A DNA stretch of 64,000 nucleotides from positions 806,001 through 870,000 of the forward strand of contig OZ320318.1 of the NCBI GenBank assembly GCA_976226885.1, in the 5' to 3' direction. Below the pieces are notes generated by a model. The model was not told where the DNA came from and did no database searches. It worked only from the letters and a program-made list of their open reading frames with translations. Of the stretch, positions 60,749-64,000 are shown one piece after another; position 1 is the first letter of the stretch, and each line of letters starts with the position of its first letter. Both the position numbers and the translations under genes were made by a program. Origin of the DNA: Iphione sp. A-MEVVRFRX5. Taxonomy: Eukaryota.

Positions 60749-63129
60749 AAAAATTAGAGACACATACATCTGTTATCTTGGGTGTTGACTGGACACGGTT
60801 TAGGACTCTAATCGATCGGCGCACAGGCTGAGTTGCTGTTGCAGAGTCGTTTTTTGAGGTTCGTCGACGACAGGTTTTGCCGGCAGGTTCTCGTCCTCTT
60901 GGTGAGGATGAAGTGGCTGTAGATGTGGTTGAAGTCTTCGGTTTCACAATCATGCTCTCTTGTGTAGGCGTGTGGTCAAAAGTTGAGGACGTTGTGGTAG
61001 TGGTGGTAGTTGTGGTGGAGTTGGTCGAAGGACGTATGGGCCGTCTAGTTGATGAATCAGTAGTGACAGCGGCAGAAGTAACAGTGGAGAAAGCAGAAGA
61101 ACCAGTAGAAACAAGAGGTTGAGATGAAGAATGAGAGGGATGGCATTGCGGAGGATAGAGCATGATGCCTTGAGAACGAGGAGGTGGCAGGGGCGGCCGT
61201 GGTCGGGGTGATGAGGTAAAGGACGAGCAAGAAGTGTACAAGTTTGGAGAGTTTGAAGATGAAGAAGGGGAGAGGATAGGGGCATGGACAATGGGAGTTT
61301 CAGTTGATGTGGTGGAGATGGGCGGTGTAGTGACGGGAACAGAGTGAGATAGAGATGAAGCAGTTGTCAGTGCTGGGAGAGAAGAAGACAGGGAAGCAGG
61401 TGGGTCAGTATGTTCGTTCTCAGGGCTACGGCTATGAGAATGGTTGGAGGGAGTCAAAGTGGTGTGAGGTATGGAGCGTGTAGATGATTCGAAAGAAGAG
61501 ATGTAATCTGCGAGGGATGTGCCGCGAGGAAGGGAAGCAGTGGAGGGTCTATAGTCAAAAGGAGATGTAGTGCCATGTTTATGTCCAAAGGATGACTGTA
61601 AGAAAGGGTTAGTGTTTGGAGGAAGATCAATGCTTGCTGGTGGATGCAAGAAAGGGGGATGGCGAATAGAGGTAGATGGGGTAGAGGCGCATGTAGGAGA
61701 AGATGAGATAGGGGGCATGGGTATGAGAGGAAATCTAGATATGTAGTCACCAGAAGTGATTAAGGGAACATCGAGTGAAGATGAAGTAGGTGTGGAAAGA
61801 TCATCAAGGGGGATGGACTCAAAAAGTGCGGGTGAGAGTGGTTGAGGTGGACGAGAGGGGCGAGGTGGAGGGTGGGGGCGTGTCGAGGGTGAAGTAGGGG
61901 AGTATGTAGACTCCGAGGAGTGGTTGTGACTGTCATGTTTGTAAGCAGCTTTCTCATCAGTGCTATAACATAGAACAGTAGGCGCAGAAAAATGAGCAAG
62001 GGGGATTACCAAATGTTTCTTTAAAACTTATATATGAGGTAATGAATGAGAGAACAATATCATATGTACACACAGGAGTAACAGGGACTTAGCAGAGGGT
62101 ATAGTCACGGAGAGAGCATTAATGCGTAGAAAGGGGAGACACATGGATGTTGAGCTTACAGTTTAGTGAGCAAAATATGGCTATCAATTTAGACCTTTTC
62201 GACTTTGTGAAAATATTCACAGTTCAAATAATCAGGATATTAATAATAACAATAATGATATATGAGGGAATAAATAATAGAAGAAATATATTTGACAGGA
62301 TAATGTATAAGTCAGATGATGATGTAAAAGAGAGATTTATAGGTTGTACTTACCTGCGAGTAGGCGGTGGAGGGGTTGGAGGCGATGGAGATCTAGTGGT
62401 TGGAGATTGTTGTGATGCAGAGGATGCCGGTGATGGTGGTACGAAGTATGGATGTCTGCGCATCAGTGCAGAGTACCACTTGAAACGCACACATGGCACC
62501 ATAAGTGCCGCAATGGTGAGGAAAAGCAAAACTGTCCCAACACAGGAAAGTATAATGACATCCGAGTTGGTGTATGTGCGAATGTATTCTGTCAGAGTTG
62601 GAGACGGATAAGTTGGCACTGATGGGCCGTTGTCATCAGGTACTGGATGGATTAAGACAGGTTCTACTTTTGACTGTGTCATGCTTTCAATCGGGTCCTC
62701 GGCGGGGGTTGCTGCAATCTCGGCTGTTGCAACAGAATATGCAGATGGCGGGAGTTCGCCTTCAATGTTATCACTGCTGGCAATGGAATGTGGATTGATC
62801 GGTGGTGATATTAGTTTAATTGTTGATGTTGGGATATATAGCAGACGAAAAACAATGTTCATGTCAATGTCCACCGCTTCAACATACCGTAGATTAGGGA
62901 AGACTTCGCGCAGTCGATCACGTAAACGCACCTCTGGATCCACGATATGTGGTGCATTCAAGTAAAGTCGGTAAAAGCGTGGGTACACATGGTGTAGTGA
63001 GTAAAAAAAGGATGTCGCCACACTGTTGCAATGAACGGAAGTCTGTAGACAAACACATCGTCTGCATAATATGTCCTCACTGAAGACAAAGTGGATGAGA
63101 AGTAATCCCAAAAAACTACGTAAAAGCAT
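60223..63129 (-). CDS. 3-exon 738-aa type I membrane protein: signal peptide, LRRNT-like Cys cap with degenerate LRRs, S/T/P stalk, TM, ~520-aa disordered tail
   Basis: Exons 63129-62354, 61962-60768 and 60468-60223 (2217 nt, 739 codons). Intron 1 is GTAAGT...TTATAG (phase 2) and intron 2 is GTATGT...TCTCTTACAG (phase 0); both join in frame. Start context GCCATCATG. Hydrophobic N-terminus at aa 1-17, CRRCVCLQTSVHC, TM at aa ~191-214 followed by RFK. Confidence 0.8.
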
Positions 63130-63690
63130 GATGGCAACGCCGTCATCAGATACCGATGCAGAGGCTGACTACGGGGCTGGTTTTCAAATCCCGCAGTGTA
63201 CCGGGTAATGGGTGCATGCACTATAAAATGAACTCGACCATTGTCGCAAAGTTTAACAAGATTAATTAAAATGTAATAAAAATGTGGTTTTTAGTAGTCG
63301 GAAAGATATGAAGAGCCAGTCCTAGAACGTTCGATGAAGAATTACCAATTAATGCAAAAAGCATGTCAACATTATCGGAAAATGGACTGGTCCTTGTAGG
63401 AGTATCTAATGGGGAGGGGGCACTTCGCGGTCGCGGGGTGATAAAGTAGCCGTAAACATTTCAGCGGACACCTCTGAAAGCACAGAAGGCAAGATAAGAC
63501 GAGAAAAGAGGACGAAAGGCTCGTAAATTTTATTAGCAGAGGGGGTGTGCTGGTGGACAGTGCAAATCTCATAGCCGTTTTCAGACACAGGATAGGCGCC
63601 AAGCAGGAGACCAGGAGGACAAAACGGTGTAACAGGAATATACACAGAGAGAAATCAGCGGGGTATTTGCAGACAGGAAATAGCGCCGAA

Positions 63691-64000
63691 ATGTATCAGA
63701 AGTTTCTCATTCTGCTTGTTTTAGTGTTTATTGTGACACTAATTAAGTCGGAATGTCCTTTGAGGTGTGGTGGATGCAATCCACCCTTGATGAGATGTAG
63801 AGGAGAACTTGATCCGTTCCTGGTTAACTTTCGGAGAGATGAAAGGATGAAAGGACTCGATTGGGGAGGATGTATGATCAGTGAGATCAGACCTGAAGTG
63901 TTTGAAATATTTGAGAATGTGGAATTTCTGGACATTAGACATCAAGGAATTGAATTTAAGTGCTGGTCACTGCGGAAAGTACCAGCACATGTAAAAGTGT
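63691..64000 (+). CDS. 5' part of a secreted or membrane mini-LRR protein (no stop in window; absent from the ORF track)
   Basis: MYQKFLILLVLVFIVTLIKS-ECPLRCGGCNPPLMRCRGELDPFLVNFRRDERMKGLDWGGCMISEIRPEVFEIFENVEFLDIRHQGIEFKCWSLRKVPAHVKV. It has a signal peptide, a 4-Cys LRRNT-like cap, and two LxxLxLxxNxI-type motifs 24 aa apart (M53, V77). Confidence 0.8.
   Translation, partial: MYQKFLILLVLVFIVTLIKSECPLRCGGCNPPLMRCRGELDPFLVNFRRDERMKGLDWGGCMISEIRPEVFEIFENVEFLDIRHQGIEFKCWSLRKVPAHVKV

Larger units (their letters stand above)
57224..64000. mobile_element. Terminal ~6.8 kb of a probable Polinton/Maverick (adintovirus-like) element, truncated by the window edge
   Basis: There is an abrupt switch to compact, gene-dense sequence. 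It begins with AGTAGT (Polinton termini are 5'-AG short tandem repeats) followed by a tandemly repeated terminal region. Genes are in alternating orientation, with a PC4-like/Cys-His protein and small signal-peptide proteins. Hallmark core genes and the second TIR are not in the window. Confidence 0.6.

Noticed and set aside
60591-60767. His-Thr-rich C-terminus of ORF 60591-62012
   Set aside because: It is read-through into a (CA)n-containing intron. The GTATGT donor at 60767 joins in frame to the exon at 60468.
63130-63690. Short ORFs between the two LRR genes (63372-63602, 63406-63645), and a 71-codon open frame upstream of ATG 63691
   Set aside because: They have no ATG start and no recognisable features. 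The region is more simply the shared promoter and 5' UTR, although upstream exons cannot be excluded.
60877-63945. ORFs 60877-61122, 62147-62611, 62574-62798, 62630-62965, 63696-63935, 63739-63945 and the alternative-frame ORFs at 60950-61999 and 58446-58762
   Set aside because: They are antisense or alternative-frame shadows of the better-supported genes.

Overview
This is eukaryotic (animal-like) genomic DNA, and the species cannot be determined from the sequence alone. The first ~57 kb is mostly intronic or intergenic. It contains about 15 unrelated minisatellite or tandem arrays, many microsatellites, 13 N-runs of variable length, six ~270-325 bp PIF/Harbinger (Tourist-like) MITEs with TAA/TTA target duplications, several CpG-rich promoter-like patches and several CTCF-like motifs. 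I could not identify any host gene there, only a few isolated, weakly supported exon candidates. From ~57224 to the window edge the sequence becomes compact and gene-dense. It begins with AGTAGT followed by a 62-bp tandem duplication, which I interpret as one end of a Polinton/Maverick (adintovirus-like) element. Three well-supported genes can be built by hand in this segment, two of them spliced. The first is a 2-exon, 333-aa protein with a PC4-like region and a CxxC-Q-H-GC motif. The second is a 3-exon, 738-aa type I membrane protein with a mini-LRR-like ectodomain and a ~520-aa disordered tail. The third lies head-to-head with it: a signal-peptide + LRRNT + LRR gene starting at 63691 that runs off the window and is therefore missing from the ORF track. 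No Polinton hallmark gene (pPolB, integrase, capsids, ATPase, protease) lies inside the window, so the element identity is an inference. No database searches were run.
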